This document shows, piece by piece, positions 35,301 to 52,774 of a DNA stretch of 64,000 nucleotides. Numbering within the stretch: the stretch's first letter is position 1; each line of letters starts with the position of its first letter. The stretch lies in the NCBI GenBank assembly GCA_958009085.1, contig OY253672.1, positions 248,001 through 312,000 of the forward strand, in the 5' to 3' direction. The position numbers and the translations under genes are program-made. The DNA is from Protoeuglena noctilucae. Taxonomy: Eukaryota. Below the pieces are notes generated by a model, which saw only the letters and a list, made by a program, of their open reading frames with translations, did no database searches and was not told the origin of the DNA.

Positions 35301-36822
35301 CATGGCAGTCTCAGGGATGGGGCACCTGAGACCCGCCCCCCGCCTCTGCATCCCCAGGGTCGCCTGGGCGTGGAGAAGGACGCGGAGATGTCCCCCTTCG
35401 CGGCGGCCAATGAGCTGCTGACGGCGGAGAGGGCCGCGCAGCTGCCCCCCCTGTCGCAGCGCATGGAGTTGGTCTTCCAGGACATGGACCTGGTGCCGCT
35501 GCTCGTGCAGGAGAACTACCTCAACCACAGGCGAGGGAGAGGGCGAGGGAGATGAGGGGCTGCCATGCTGCGTCACGCTTCACGCCCACCCTTGAGCCCA
35601 CGTGCAGGCCCATGGTGGCGGGGAGCGAGATGCAGATGATGATGTGTTTGGCCAAGGCGTCTGATGCTCTGTCTGCGGGGGACATCGTCAACCGCAGCAT
35701 ACGGCAGCACGGCAACTGGGGCCTCATGCCCTTCGCCGGTGAGGGTCGAGGAGGGGTTGGTGGCAGTCCAGATTACTGCGACGCTCTGTCACGTGCCCGC
35801 CTCCACCCATCCCTCTCCCACCCCATGACATTACCCCGCCCCCTTCTCCCCCAGCTGCCCTCGGGAGCGTGACCCCCTGCGCGTACATGCGTGGCCCCCG
35901 CGTCCTCCTGGGCTTGCACCCCGGCGAGGCCAACTTCCCGCGCTTCACGGCGTGGCTCGGCAACAACTCGTCCGCGGGCAAGCAGCGGCGTCTCCTGGAG
36001 GACATCCACACGCGCATGACCGCCTCCTCCCACGTCCACTGCGACAAACGGGCCCTGCGCCTGGGTGAGGGGCAGACCGTGCATGGGAGATGGTCAGAGA
36101 GAATGCCCGGCAGATGCCATGCGAGTGGCATGGCAGCCCCGTCATCCTGGGCATCTACCCATCGCACCGTGGCTGTTCCCTTCTTGCAGACTACCTGCCG
36201 TTCCTGCGCCGTCACTTGGTGTCCCCCCTGGTGTCGCGTGGCCAGGACGGCATCGAGGACGTGGCGCGGGACATGCACGAGTACTGCCTGGTGCGGGAGG
36301 ACTGGGAGACGGTGGGGGACATGACCAAGTTCAAGACCAAGGCTGCGTGGGGGGAGGACCCCCTCAAGGGGGTGGAGGGCAAGACCAAGGCGGCGTTCAC
36401 GAGGCGGTTCAACAAAGAGGGGGTGCGCGCGAGGGTGGGGACGATGGTGGAGGAGGTGAAGCGTGTGAAGGGGAGGCGCGGGGCGAAGGGGGCACAGGAG
36501 GAGCCGCCTCTGACGGAGGACGCGGACCGTGTGGCGGAGGCGGCGATGGAGGAGGAGGAGGAGGAAGAGGAGGAGGAGGAGGTGAGGGGATGGGGTGCAT
36601 GGGTGTGGAGGAGAGGTGAGGGGTATCGGGCACGTGAGGAGTGCTGGGGCGTGGGCATGCATGCATGATGGATGGATGAGGCCGTTGCCTCCGCAGGCGG
36701 GAGGGCCGCCCAAGGGAGTGGCGCTGGTGGCTGCGGAGGGGAAGGGGAAAGGCAAGGGGAAGAGGGCCGGGGGCGCAGCGTCAAGCAAGGCCAAGCCGGC
36801 GAAGAAGGCCAAGAAGGGGTAG
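32329..36822 (+). CDS. RFC1: Replication factor C subunit 1
   Basis: MDIRNFF; BRCT domain (CLNGLTFVISGILDSL..GGRVTKAVSGRTNFL); LWVEKWKP; LLSGSPGVGKT; EVNASDTR; MDEVDGMSAGDRGG; ICICND; RFC1 C-terminal domain. Confidence 0.96.
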
Positions 36823-37094
36823 ACCCTGGCAAGCAACAGGAGAGGCCAGCAGACAGGCATGCGTGCGGATGGGCTGGACCTGGCCGCGCTGGCAGCGGCA
36901 GCGATGTTTCCATGAGCGGACATTTGAACACAAGAGAGAGGCTGCTACTGCTACCAGAAATGGAATGAAGTCCTGTAAATGAGGACATGGACACGACAGC
37001 ACTAAGACTGTGGTGGAGAAGGAATGCTATCCTAGCTCGATGACAGCTGCTCGACTCGCCAAATGAGTCAACACATCCCCACGCTCCATCGCTT

Positions 37095-40000
37095 TCACTT
37101 GGCCACCTGCGCCTGGCCCTGCACCTGCGCTGTGGGGGCGGCGGCGTCGCGTGGCGCCCCGTCTGCCCTCGAGGCCCCCGCCGCCCCACGCTCCGCCTTC
37201 TGCCAGAACACGATGAGCTTGACGTTGCCGTCCCCCTTGTTCCACACCCGCCGCGCCATCCGGCGCTCGTGGCCCCTGCGCGGTGCTCACGGATGGACCA
37301 TCAGATAAAGCTGCAGCTTGATGATGCCGCCTCGCCCGCTGCGCATTGCGACTGCCACGCACCGGGGGTTGATGGTCAGATTGATGGGCTCGTCCGGCTC
37401 CAGCGGCACCTCCAGGTACCCCACCAGTGCCTGGCGCACCGCCCTCGCTCGCAGGCAAAGCTCCCAGTACGACACCTCCTCCATCTCCCTGCGCAGGGCA
37501 CAAGGTGAAGCATCGTTCCCCGGACTGTCGGGCCGATGCATGCCGCACCTCATGTCGACCTGCACTCGCCTGCACAGCAAGCTCGAGTCCACGACGGCGA
37601 GCTCCTCCGATCGGCCGATCTCCCACACGGGCTCCATGAGCTTGGGGTCGACGGCCGCCTGGGCGAGGAGCTTGGCCGAGTAGGCGTTGGTGTTGAACGT
37701 GATGCCCATCGGCAGGCGGCGGGGGTCTGCGGGGAAGCCTGGTCGTGTTACGGACGCGCCACGGACGCGCGATGCGTGCCGAGGACCAGGCGTTACTGCC
37801 ACACAAGTCACCTTCGAATCTCGTCAGCCCCTGGTACGCGACCTTCTCGCAGATGATGTTGATGTCCGGGCGGCTGGCCTCCTCCAGCATCCTCCGGATG
37901 TTGAGCTGCACGGCGAGGATGATGGCGTCTAACCGCAGCATCGACGCCCGGTCCATCTCCTGGCCGTTGCTGAGGTCCATGTCCGGGTCCATCCAAGCAA
38001 AGTCGCAGAAGACCACGGCGGAGCTGAACTGGGTGACGTCGACGCGGGACATGTGGGTGGCGAGCACCGGGTTGCCCACGATGTGCTCCACGGCAATGTT
38101 GCGGATGCGGTACGTCTGCGGGGGTCGAGAGTGGGGGACGCATGTGTCACGCAGTGCACCGGGGCAGCCAGCCAAGGGAGCGCTCCACTGCCTGCGCCTC
38201 ACCTCGGCGGTGCGGCCCAGCGTCTGCGCCTTGGTATGCTCGTTCAAGAAGACCACCGTGGACCTAGCAGGGAGCTTGCCGTGCCCGTCGTCCAGCTCGG
38301 CAATGAGGTCGTTCATGAACGTCTGCTTGCCCCAACCGCACACCAGCACCTTGACGGGGTGGCCCGCCACTGGCCGCCTGCAGGCAAGGCGAGGCGAGGC
38401 CCCAGTCCCGCCAGGTGCGCCTGGCAGGGGGGCAGTCGAGAGCGTCTTGCAAACGCAGCGCCCGATGCGTCATGGCCTCACATGAACTATGTGGGGAAAA
38501 GGAAGAGCCCCGAGCACGAGGCCCCTCCCCCCAGGCTGTCGCGCAGGCGCACGGTCTGCGCCTCGGACGTCGCACGCATCGCCTCGGCCAGGGCGCTCGT
38601 GCTCTTGCGGCCAGTCACGTCCCAGGGGCCCAGGGAGTAGGGCGTGGCTGCCCGCGTCGTGGCGCAGAGGGGCGCCTGACCCTCGCCGCGGACTGCGGGG
38701 GCGAAAAAGGCTCTCTCGTCGGCCCATGCATCTGGCCAGACGCGCATGCGCCATTGCCGCCCACGCACCGATGGCCAAGTCGGCGGCGCCGGGCGGCACC
38801 CAGGACGGGTCGATGGCGACCTTGGCCGGGGCCTGCGGCCTCACTTTCTCGGAGGGCATCCCCGTGGGCCGCATCATGAAGACGTGGTCCCCCGGGGCGA
38901 CCTCGTAGCCGTCCTCGGGGTTGATGCGGCTCTCCCCCGTGAACTCATTGAAGAAGCCCAGCACGACCGCATCGGGGAAGCACAGCACCAACTCCGACCA
39001 CTGCGGGGGTGGGGGCGCAGGGGCTGACGCGCACGGGTGGCGTGGGCGGGTGCAGCACCGTCCGCACGCTCACCCGCATGCCGACCAGCACTCACCCGCA
39101 TGCCGACCAGCTCTGGGAAGCACTCCAGGTGGGCCTTGGAGTGGCTGGCGAAGGACAGGAGCTGCTTGGAGACGGCGGCAACCACCGGCTGGTGCACCAT
39201 GCGGGCCACGCGGCGGGCGTTGAGGCGCACTGGGGACACGAAGGAGGGCACGTCGAGGGTGATAAGGTGAAGACTGGCACAACGCGGCGTTGGTGCCCGA
39301 GCGCAGCGGGAGGGCGCTCGCCTGTCGGGAAGGGCAGGAAGCGTGTGGAGCAGGCGTAGCGGATGACGGCGCGCGTCGACTGGCAGTGGACCTCGCAGAT
39401 CACCGGGCAGCCCTCCGCGCCCCCCGCGCCCCTCCCGCACCTCAGCTCGTCCAGCAGCACGGCCGTGCGCAGGACCATGGCGTCGCTCTCGTGGGACGGC
39501 CGCGTCTGGGAGAGGGGCGATGAATGGCACGGTCAGGGGCCACCGCTAGTGCTGCAAGCAAGCGCCCCACTGTGCTCCGCTACCCTGCTCCGCCAAGGAG
39601 GCTCGCCTGGTCCGCAATGACGATGATGCTGGACGCGTCCTCGGCCGCCACCGATCGCAGGTCGTCGGGGATCTGGGGGTCCCCGCTCCGGAACACGAAC
39701 TCGGACCCGTGTCGTGCCGCTTCGGGGATGATGTTCCTGCGATGCATCAACCAGCGCGTCGTTCGCTCTGGGCCCCGGGTCACGTGGCCACTTCACCCCA
39801 GGCCAGCCCATCCCTCACCTGAAAAGCTCTTCCATCTCCCTCTTGGGCCGGCTGGTGAGCATGACGAAGGTTCTCCCCCCCTCCGGCCGGTACGCCAGGC
39901 ACAGCTCGCTGAGGAGCTTAAACAACACTGCGATATCGAGCTGCGACTGCATCCACCCGAGCACGAGGGTGTGGCCGCGCTCGTACACGCGGCCGCCCTT

Positions 40001-41349
40001 GGCGACGTTCCTCTCCCAGTTCTCCAGCGTCGCCTGCTCCACCAGCGCCAGGATGAGCGCGAAGGACGCCACGCCCACCGTCGCCACGCCGACCGTGAAC
40101 ACCTTGTCCACCCAGCTTGCCACGTAGTCTGGGGGCTCGGTGAAGATGGTCAGCAGGAGCACCTCGTACACCTGGGAGGGGTGGAGAAGGCGCCGGAGAA
40201 AAGATGACGACTTGACCATGGGCACAGGCGAGGCAGGCACATGGGATGCTCTCCCCACCTGATCCAGGAAGGTGTCAGTGCCCTCCTCCCCCGCCGCGGC
40301 TGACGGGGCTCCCAGGTGCGGCAGCAGAGACATCTTGAGCCCGGCGCCAAGCGCGACCAGGAACAGGTTGACGACGGCCACCAAGGCCAGGTCGCTGAAG
40401 GTGCCCTGCCGCCAGATGAAGTACCTGTACAGCGCCTGGTCCACCAGGGAACCCAAGGCCTGCTGCGGCGCCTGCAGGAGCCTGCGTGCGGCAGGCAGGC
40501 CCCTCATGGCATGCATGGCAATCCACCCTCACAGGCCCACGCCAGGCCTCCCAGCTCTCACCTGGCCAGGGCGCCCTCCGCCCCAGGTCGTGCCGACGAC
40601 GCCGGCGCCCCCGTGAGCTTGTACTCGTATAAGGAGTCGTCCTCGCGGCTCGCCCGGGCACGCCGGGGCCGGCCCCCGTCGGGGGCGACACCGTCCGGGT
40701 CAACGCTGCCGGAGCCCGACGAGGAAGAGGAAGAGGACGAGCCGACGTTCACGAGAGCGTCCGAGCCGGTCACGCTGCCCCGGCTGAGGTTGTCGGCCCA
40801 CCCCAGGCTGTCACCCTGGGTGCGGGGGCGGTCGGCGGGGGGCTCGGGCGTGCACAGGGAGAAGCCCATCAGGCCGGGCTCCTTTGGCTCATTGCCGGAC
40901 GCGATCCGGCTCAGGGCGTCGACGGGAGGAGGGCTCTCCTCCCTCTCCCACGCGCTCAGATGCCCGCGGAAGAGCCGGAGGGCCAAGCGACGCCTCCGCG
41001 CCTCCTGCGGGCGCCACAGAGCGGCAGCGTTAGTCGCACTCGGCAATCGGGCCCTAAACAATGGCATTTTGCCTCCATTCGCGTCCGGCACCTCCTCCGC
41101 GGACTCCTCGGAGGCCATGACCTCGTCGTCCTGGGACCGGAGGGCCCGAGGCCTCTCGGGCTCCTCAGGATCCTCCCGCGCTCGCACACGGCAGACCCTC
41201 CTCCGGGTCGGAAGGCGGGGCAGCAGCGGGGCCGCATGCCTCCTCGCCACGCAGCGAGCGCGGCAAGGTCCGGCATGTGTCGCGACGGACATCTCGCGAA
41301 GCACGGGGACCCCTGCGCGGTTGATGTAGCCCGTTCTGGCAATGTACAA
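37095..41349 (-). CDS. CASTOR/POLLUX(DMI1)-like cation channel with RCK domains, probably plastid-targeted
   Basis: Transit peptide; TM helices; VYERGHTLVLGW; VFRSGDP..DDLRSVAAEDASSIIVIA; FPELVG; VKVLVCGW; start uncertain (41292 or 41349). Confidence 0.78.
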
Positions 41350-41670
41350 CGCGCGAGCAATGGTTCGCCTTCCGGGCTGCTCTGCGCGGCCCTAACTACC
41401 CTCTTGCCAGTGTGTCCTGATTTGCTCCAAATCCAGCGCCCCCCCTGGCCGGGAAACCACCCTTGCATCTTTCTAGGTCCTAATCTGGGTTAGCTGCCCT
41501 CGCATCAACGCCAGTTTGGGAGAGCTCACAAGGAGCCAGGGCCTTGCGAAGGACATCGTTCCAGTCTTGCCGCCCGACTTCGCGCCCCTCGCTTATCGAC
41601 GAACGTTCCCTCATCCCAGGCATCAGCAACGGCGGTACGCCTGACGACCCAGGAGGCCAGGAAGGCCCCG

Positions 41671-42303
41671 ATGCAGCCCGCCCCTAACGCCACACCGTCC
41701 AGGGCCGCGTGCAAATGCTCAGCGTCGCCACGTGGAACGTTGTCGATTAGGCGAAGCGCCGGGCAGCAAGGCAAGGCCCCTGACTGCGGAGGCGGCTCGC
41801 ACGTACGGGCTCATGTGTGCGGGAACAGTTGGCTCACTCCTCGCCCGCAGAGGCGCGGCCCCAAGATCACGGCGTCGTCAAAGCCCTGCGCAGCGTTCTC
41901 CTGCGCAATGCGGCCAGTCGCCTGGATCGCGGGCCAGTCTCCTGCCTGCGCTGCCGAGGCGCGGGCCAGTGCAGCTGCGAGCAGTGCAAGGCGAGCCCGC
42001 CGGGTCACCATCGCCTCCTCGCTACCTCGTACTCCAGCGTTCTGTCGTTCTCACCGCGGTCCATCTCGCCACCCGCAGGGTTCAGGGCTGGTGACCCCTC
42101 CGGGAGGGCCCACCGCGTGGATCAAGGGGTCCGTGCTGGGTGCCATGTTCAACAAAGCGCTGGGGGCGTCGGCGAACTACCGGGTCACGAATCGGTGCCC
42201 CAAGTGCCACGGGACGGGCAAGACGCCGTGCAGTGCGTGCGGGGGTCGTGGGCAGCACAACCTGAAGCTCCCAGTGGAGGAGGGCGCCTCCGCTGCCAGG
42301 TAG
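41671..42303 (+). CDS. DnaJ-type Cys-rich zinc-finger protein without J domain (DnaJE1/BSD2-like class)
   Basis: Four CxxCxGxG repeats after splicing: CLRCRGAG, CEQCKGSG, CPKCHGTG, CSACGGRG. Confidence 0.85.
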   Translation: MQPAPNATPSRAACKCSASPRGTLSIRRSAGQQGKAPDCGGGSHVRAHVCGNSWLTPRPQRRGPKITASSKPCAAFSCAMRPVAWIAGQSPACAAEARASAAASSARRARRVTIASSLPRTPAFCRSHRGPSRHPQGSGLVTPPGGPTAWIKGSVLGAMFNKALGASANYRVTNRCPKCHGTGKTPCSACGGRGQHNLKLPVEEGASAAR

Positions 42304-42311
42304 CAGGGGAC

Positions 42312-44200
42312 TCACTGACTCCTCTTATCCTTCGTGTCCATGATCTGAACGGCCGCCTCAAGCAGCGTCCTCTTCTGCCGCCGGAATCGTAGCGCCAGTG
42401 CCGCCCTGTCCGGCAGCGCGTCCTTGACCTGCGGCACACGGGGCGGCTCCTGCATTCCACCACGTCCTGCGTTTGGCCACGCGTGTTGAACACTGTCCGT
42501 TCCGCGCGCATACGCACCGTCGATGCGAGGAGTCGCTCTTCCTTGTCCTGTGGCGCCATGCCTGCCAGCTCCTCCCGGCAGCAGGCGACCAGCACTCGTC
42601 GGAGCGCCCGCTCGCTCTCCGCGCTGCCCTGCGCTCCCACCGCGACGCCTCCCTTCTCGGAAAGGGCGCCGTCGGACGCCAGCACCACCCGGACTGCCCG
42701 CACCGTGTCCTCCGAGAACCCCGCGCGTGACAGGGACGCCCGGGTCAGCGCGTCCGCCAGGCCCATGTCCCGCAGCAGCTGCATCCTGCGGAGCATGTGC
42801 GGCGGGCAGCGTGGCCTTCCCCGCCTTGGCCCCGGCATGCGTCACAACGCGCACAACGTGAGACGCGCACGCACCTGCCCTCCGTGACCGCGGCCCCATG
42901 GCCCCCCAGGCGCCCCGGCAGGTCAGCAAAGGTGTACGTGTCGGACGGGTTGTCGTCCTCGCAGAACCCAAAGTACAGAAGGAGCATGTCGTTTCCCTTG
43001 GCCCCATACTGCAGCGGCGAGGGGCTGTGCGGATGAGAACCCAGGCAAGGCACTCGCACCAGCTGCATAGCGCCTGCCACAGACCACAGTTGCATGCGCC
43101 CTGAGAGCCTCCATGTACCTGGACATGGACCTCATCGCCCGCCTTGTACGCCTGTCCGACCTCCAGTGTGAACTCGTCAGTAAAGTACTGGTAGGCCACC
43201 TCGGAGGCGGCGTCGCTGCGGTGGTTGGCCAGGTCGACCAGGGGGAGCATGGCGTACCACTCGAGCTTCTTGGAGAGCAGCGTGTCGTAGATGAGGTTGA
43301 ACAGCAGGGCCGAGATGAAGCCGTTGAGGCCCTGCTCGGCGGTGCCCAGCCCCGCAACCACGTACACAGCCGCGACGGCCGCCACGGCACCCACGACCGA
43401 CAGCCGCGCCTGCAGGGACCTGCCCGTGTAGGGCCCCGAGAAGAGCCGGCTCTGAACGCACATCATGGCCCAGGCGAACTCGTCCCAGGTGCTGCGGAAC
43501 CCGGGGGACGACGCCCGCACGGCATCGTACGCGGCCCTCCACCGCTCCGCCATGCGCTGGGCCTCGGCCTCCACGTGAGGGTGCCGCAGCAGGCGCAGCT
43601 CCTCCCGGGACCAGACGGCCGGGCAGTCGAGGCGCTGTGGCAGCATCCTTAGGTACGGGGCGTACCGGGAGTCCTTCTTCCCTCGCTCGTGGAGCAGGAG
43701 GAGCGCCATCTTCACCTCTGGGGCCAGCGACGCGTAGGTGGCTGCCGCGACCACCTCGGGGAAAGGGCAGGCGTCGTACGGCACCAGCGACAGCGCCGCG
43801 GAGAAGGGCACGCGGACGACGGCGTCCTCTGCCGGGATGGGCCTCTGGGCCCGCAGACCCCGCAGCTTCCCCGGGAAAAGCCCGACGGTCACCGCGTCGC
43901 CTTTGATGCCCACGCCAGCACACCACTGCGGGGGGGCGCGAGGGAGGCGCCGCTGGGCCATGCACCACCTCTGCGCAGAGCACGCGCCTGGCTCGCGCAG
44001 GACCTGAAACTCACGTCGAGGAAGTCGCGCGATGATGCATCCGCGTTGGCGCTGCATGGCCCGCGCCGCCGATGGGTATCCAGCCGGTACCCGCGGCGCG
44101 TCCGGTAACGGAATGCGACTGAGATCGTTCGCGCCTCCTCACGGCACCACCCAACCCCAGCGATGGCCGGGACGATGCCCAAGCCCGGCATCCGCAACAT
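42312..44200 (-). CDS. Rubisco LSMT-like SET-domain lysine methyltransferase
   Basis: RGLRAQRPI, LLLHER, YAPYLRMLP, FAWAMMCVQSR, MLPLVDLANH, QYGAKGNDMLLLYFGFCEDDNP, ALRFRRQKR. Confidence 0.88.
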
Positions 44201-44617
44201 GGCGGCTGATGCTGACGGCAGGAAGCTCACATCCGCTTACACCGCCCCTTCGTCTTCATATGCGGTGCGACCTGCGGCGTCCAGCCGCGCTGGCAGCGCG
44301 CAGCCCCTTCAAGGCCTGGCGAGCTGTCGCCAGCAGTGTGCGGCACAGCGCTCTCCCAGCTTTACACGCCTCGGCTCGACTTTCCTAGCCTGATTTAGCT
44401 TATACTCTTCCCTAGCGTTAGCCACTGCCTCGTGTGTGTTTTGGGCGGCAGCAACGACGGAGGTGGCACCCATGCGCGCGGGCGGCCAGCCGTAACCCCA
44501 TTCTATGGCATTCTTGCTGGGCTCATGTCTCCGACGTAAGGTGAGGACTTTGAGATGTGAAATCGGCTGCTGGGGCAGCGATAGCGACAGCCTACGGCCT
44601 GCCACCGTCGCCGTGGG

Positions 44618-46901
44618 ATGGACGATGATATGGCTCGCGTCACGCCCTGCTCCGACCCCGCGAGCCCTGTTGAACGCTCTATACATGTTCTTTGCTGTCG
44701 AAATAGCGAGTCGCGACCGTCGCAGACGAGCCCGGAGGTCGCGCCGGAGCCGAAGAAGCCGGCAGTCAGCAGCGATGCGAAGGAAACCTTTAGGCACGAC
44801 GGGAAGCCTCCCCTCGGCTCCCAGCAAACCCCACGCGGCCGGCAGCCTCCAACGGCGCTCTTGATTGCTGGGCCAGGTGGGGCTCTGGGCCCCATGGCGG
44901 GACGAACCGCGGCTGTGCCTGTGCCACCTCGTCATAACCTCCTTCCTGACCACGGCTCTCCTCGCAGAAAATTCCCAGCCAGGACCCAGCTCGGGCCATC
45001 CATCTAGTGGCGCGAGGCGCTCGGTCGACACGGCGGCAGTGCGGCACGGCGCCCCGGCGAGCAAGCTGCTCGAGGCGTGCCGTACGGACTGGCACAAGGA
45101 GCTCCGTCTGAGGTCCTATGGGGAGGGTAAGGACCCTGGTACCCCTGCGCCACGGAGGGTCGTCGACTGGACCGATGGGAGCCCATGGTCTCAAGGTGCG
45201 TGGCGCCCGTCGCGGATGGGCACCCGTGACTGGGACCATGCTTTGCTGAAGAGCCTCCCGGTCCCTCCATCCGCAGCCCGGGCCCCGTCCCACCCGCCCC
45301 GCTCGTTCACGCGCGCTGCCGAGGGCCCCTCCACCCCCCTGTCCCGGACAGGGTCGGCGGCGCAGAGCCAGCACCAAGCGCGCCACCCCAGTCGCCGGAG
45401 CAGGGTGTCCTTTGGGGGCGTGCGGCCGCTCCCCCGCGATGCAGGCGCGGTGGGGTCGGTCGAGGAGCTGGACGTCGCCGTGAGCCGAGCGAGGGACACG
45501 ATGCAGCGCCATCTGGCGGCGGGGGAGGGCAAGAAGACGCCTCCAATTCCGCCCAGCGCGGCAGGCCAGGGAGAGACGCTGTCGCGCGCGTGGGGGTCCT
45601 CCATCACAATTAGCGACCTTCAACGGGCGGTGGACCTGCTGGAGGCAGGGACACTCGACCTCGGGGGACGGACAGTGGTGTGCCTGCGAGAGCAGGCTCT
45701 CAACATCCGCGACAAGACGCGGCCGGTCGTCATCTGCAACGGCACCCTGCGGTGAGGGCCCCGCGTCGGCCAGCAGCTGAGCGAGCCACTGGTGCCCGAC
45801 CGCGCAGCTGCCCCACGATGACCTCGACCACCGCAGGCTCCGGGGCATCGCCGCAAGTGAGGCTGACGGAGCCATCGGGCAGAGAGGGCCTCGGTATGCC
45901 GTCGCGGTCAGCTGTTGCTCCAGCCTCGTCATCGAGGACGTTACCATCGAGAAGACGGCGGGATACGGCCTCCTCATCGAGCGCAGCTGCAACGTGACCC
46001 TCAGCCGCGTGCGCGTCGCGTCATGTGGAGCTCCCGAGGAGGTGAGGGAACACGCGCTCCTTCCTTTGCAACACAGCGCTGCCAGCGCCACCCCACAACG
46101 CCAACCTCTGGTCCCTCCCCGCAGCAGTCGGAAGGGAGGCATGCCTGGGGTGACCATGGCGCCGTTCGCATCAGCGATTCGTGCGGCGTCCGAATGCATG
46201 GCTGCTGGGTGACGGAGACAGCGGGGGGGGCCGAGTCCGTGGCCCTGCAGCTGCTGCCGAGCTGCACGCTGTCCATGGCCGACACCCGCATCGAGGACAG
46301 CGCGGGCGTCGGGGCCTTCGTCGGGGCGGGTGCCGTCCTGGAAGCCTCGTCATCTGTCATGGCAGGCCACGGGCAGTGCGGGGTGATGGTGGCCGGCGGC
46401 ACGCTGCTCCTCAGCCAGGGCAGAGTGGAGCGGAACAAGAGCTTTGGCATCGTGGCCATGGGGCGGGGGTCGTGCGTCAGCGTCCAGGACAGCGCCCTGG
46501 CGGGTCACGCGACTCACGTGGAGGTGGGAGGGGGCGCGGCACGCCTGCAGCGCACGACGCTCGGAGAGGGCGCCGAGGTGGGCGTGCTGGGCCGCAACTG
46601 CTTCCTGCACCTCGCCGACGCCCGGATCGCCGACTGCTCCACGGTGGCGCTCCGGGTCGAGGACAATGCGGCCGTCGTGGGGGAGGGCGTGGCGCTGGAC
46701 GGCCCTTGCTCGGTGGTCTGCGCCACGCAGAGCACCGTGACGCTCGCGCGGGTCACTCTCCGGGCCGGCAGCGCCGAGTGCCACTCCGTCATCAGCCAGG
46801 GGACGGGCTCCCTCGTCAAGCTCGACGACGTGACGTGGCTGGGGGCGGGCGGGCCCGGGGCGATACGCGAGCTGGAAGGGGGTATAGTTCAGGCCAAGTA
46901 G
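44618..46901 (+). CDS. Protein with low-complexity N-terminus and C-terminal right-handed beta-helix (pectin-lyase-like) repeats
   Basis: LDLGGRTV..ICNGTL then repeated beta-helix units (IEDSAGVGAFV, VERNKSFGIVA, IADCSTVAL); start uncertain. Confidence 0.6.
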
Positions 46902-47382
46902 CGGAGACGCGGTTTTTCCTGCTCAAGAGGCGAGGTCTTTGCCGTGCAATGCCTCACTTCACTTCCTCAGTTCACTTCCCTGAGTCTTTCCTGACGTCAA
47001 GTCGACTTTCCCTCACCAGGGCTGGCGCTTTGGCAGCCGCTCTGTGTCGTGCGACCGCGTTGCCATGTGCAGCCTGGCCCCCTTTTTGTTTCGCCGCTTC
47101 CAAGGATTCAATAGGAAGGCGGGTGTCGACAGTTGGCGTCGCTGACGGCGTGCCCGTCCCTCAAAGCTCGAATTTCGACAAACACTTCAGCCGGTTTCTG
47201 ACACATTTTTGCCAGTAAAAAGCGTCTCTCCGACTTCCCACCTCTCGGGACTGGCCGGGTCCAGTCGTCGGTTCCTCGTGTCGATAATCCCTCAGATCGT
47301 CGCGCTGCGGGCATCCTTGGGCCTCTCCGCAGACCGGGGACCTTGCGCTCCGAATCGGGACGTCTGGGGATCGAGTTTCGAT

Positions 47383-50845
<3,463 letters not shown>

Positions 50846-51003
50846 CACCTCTGTCACCACGCGTGCCTTGTATCTACCCACCCGCATTCCTTGCTGCGCG
50901 CCTGGATTGTCAAGGCAGCGGCGCCAGTTCCTGAGAGTTTAGTTTGCGGAACCCCTCTTCTCTCTCTTCAACGGACGTTCGCTTGCCGAGTCTGCCTGCC
51001 CGC

Positions 51004-52335
<1,332 letters not shown>

Positions 52336-52774
52336 CGCTGCGCCACGACTAGCCCCCACCCAGCACGCCAGCAAGACCACGAGCGAAGCCGCCCCTAGTG
52401 TCGCGGAGAATTAGCGTGGAGAATCGACCGCGGGCGAGGAAGAGTTGGTGGGCAAGCAGACCGACGGGGTTTCGCCAGCCGAGTCGGGCCGCCGCTACTA
52501 GTTTCGTTTCGCTGTGCCCGTCCTCGACCGAATGGCCCGCCGGTCACCGAGGCTGGCAGTGGCACCGGGTTCTCGCGCGAGAACCGCGGGCCCTGAGAGG
52601 TTTTGGGGACCCGAGGCCCTCCTGCACTCGCTCGGAAGATACGACCCGCTCAAGGAGGCCGCTGCGGTCCATGTGGCTCCAGCAGCAAGCGCGTCCTCGC
52701 TTTCCAGGACTTTCCGCGAGTGTCTATGGCCGTACCACCCTGCGCGACTCTCGTTTTTTGAGTGGGGTCCACCC

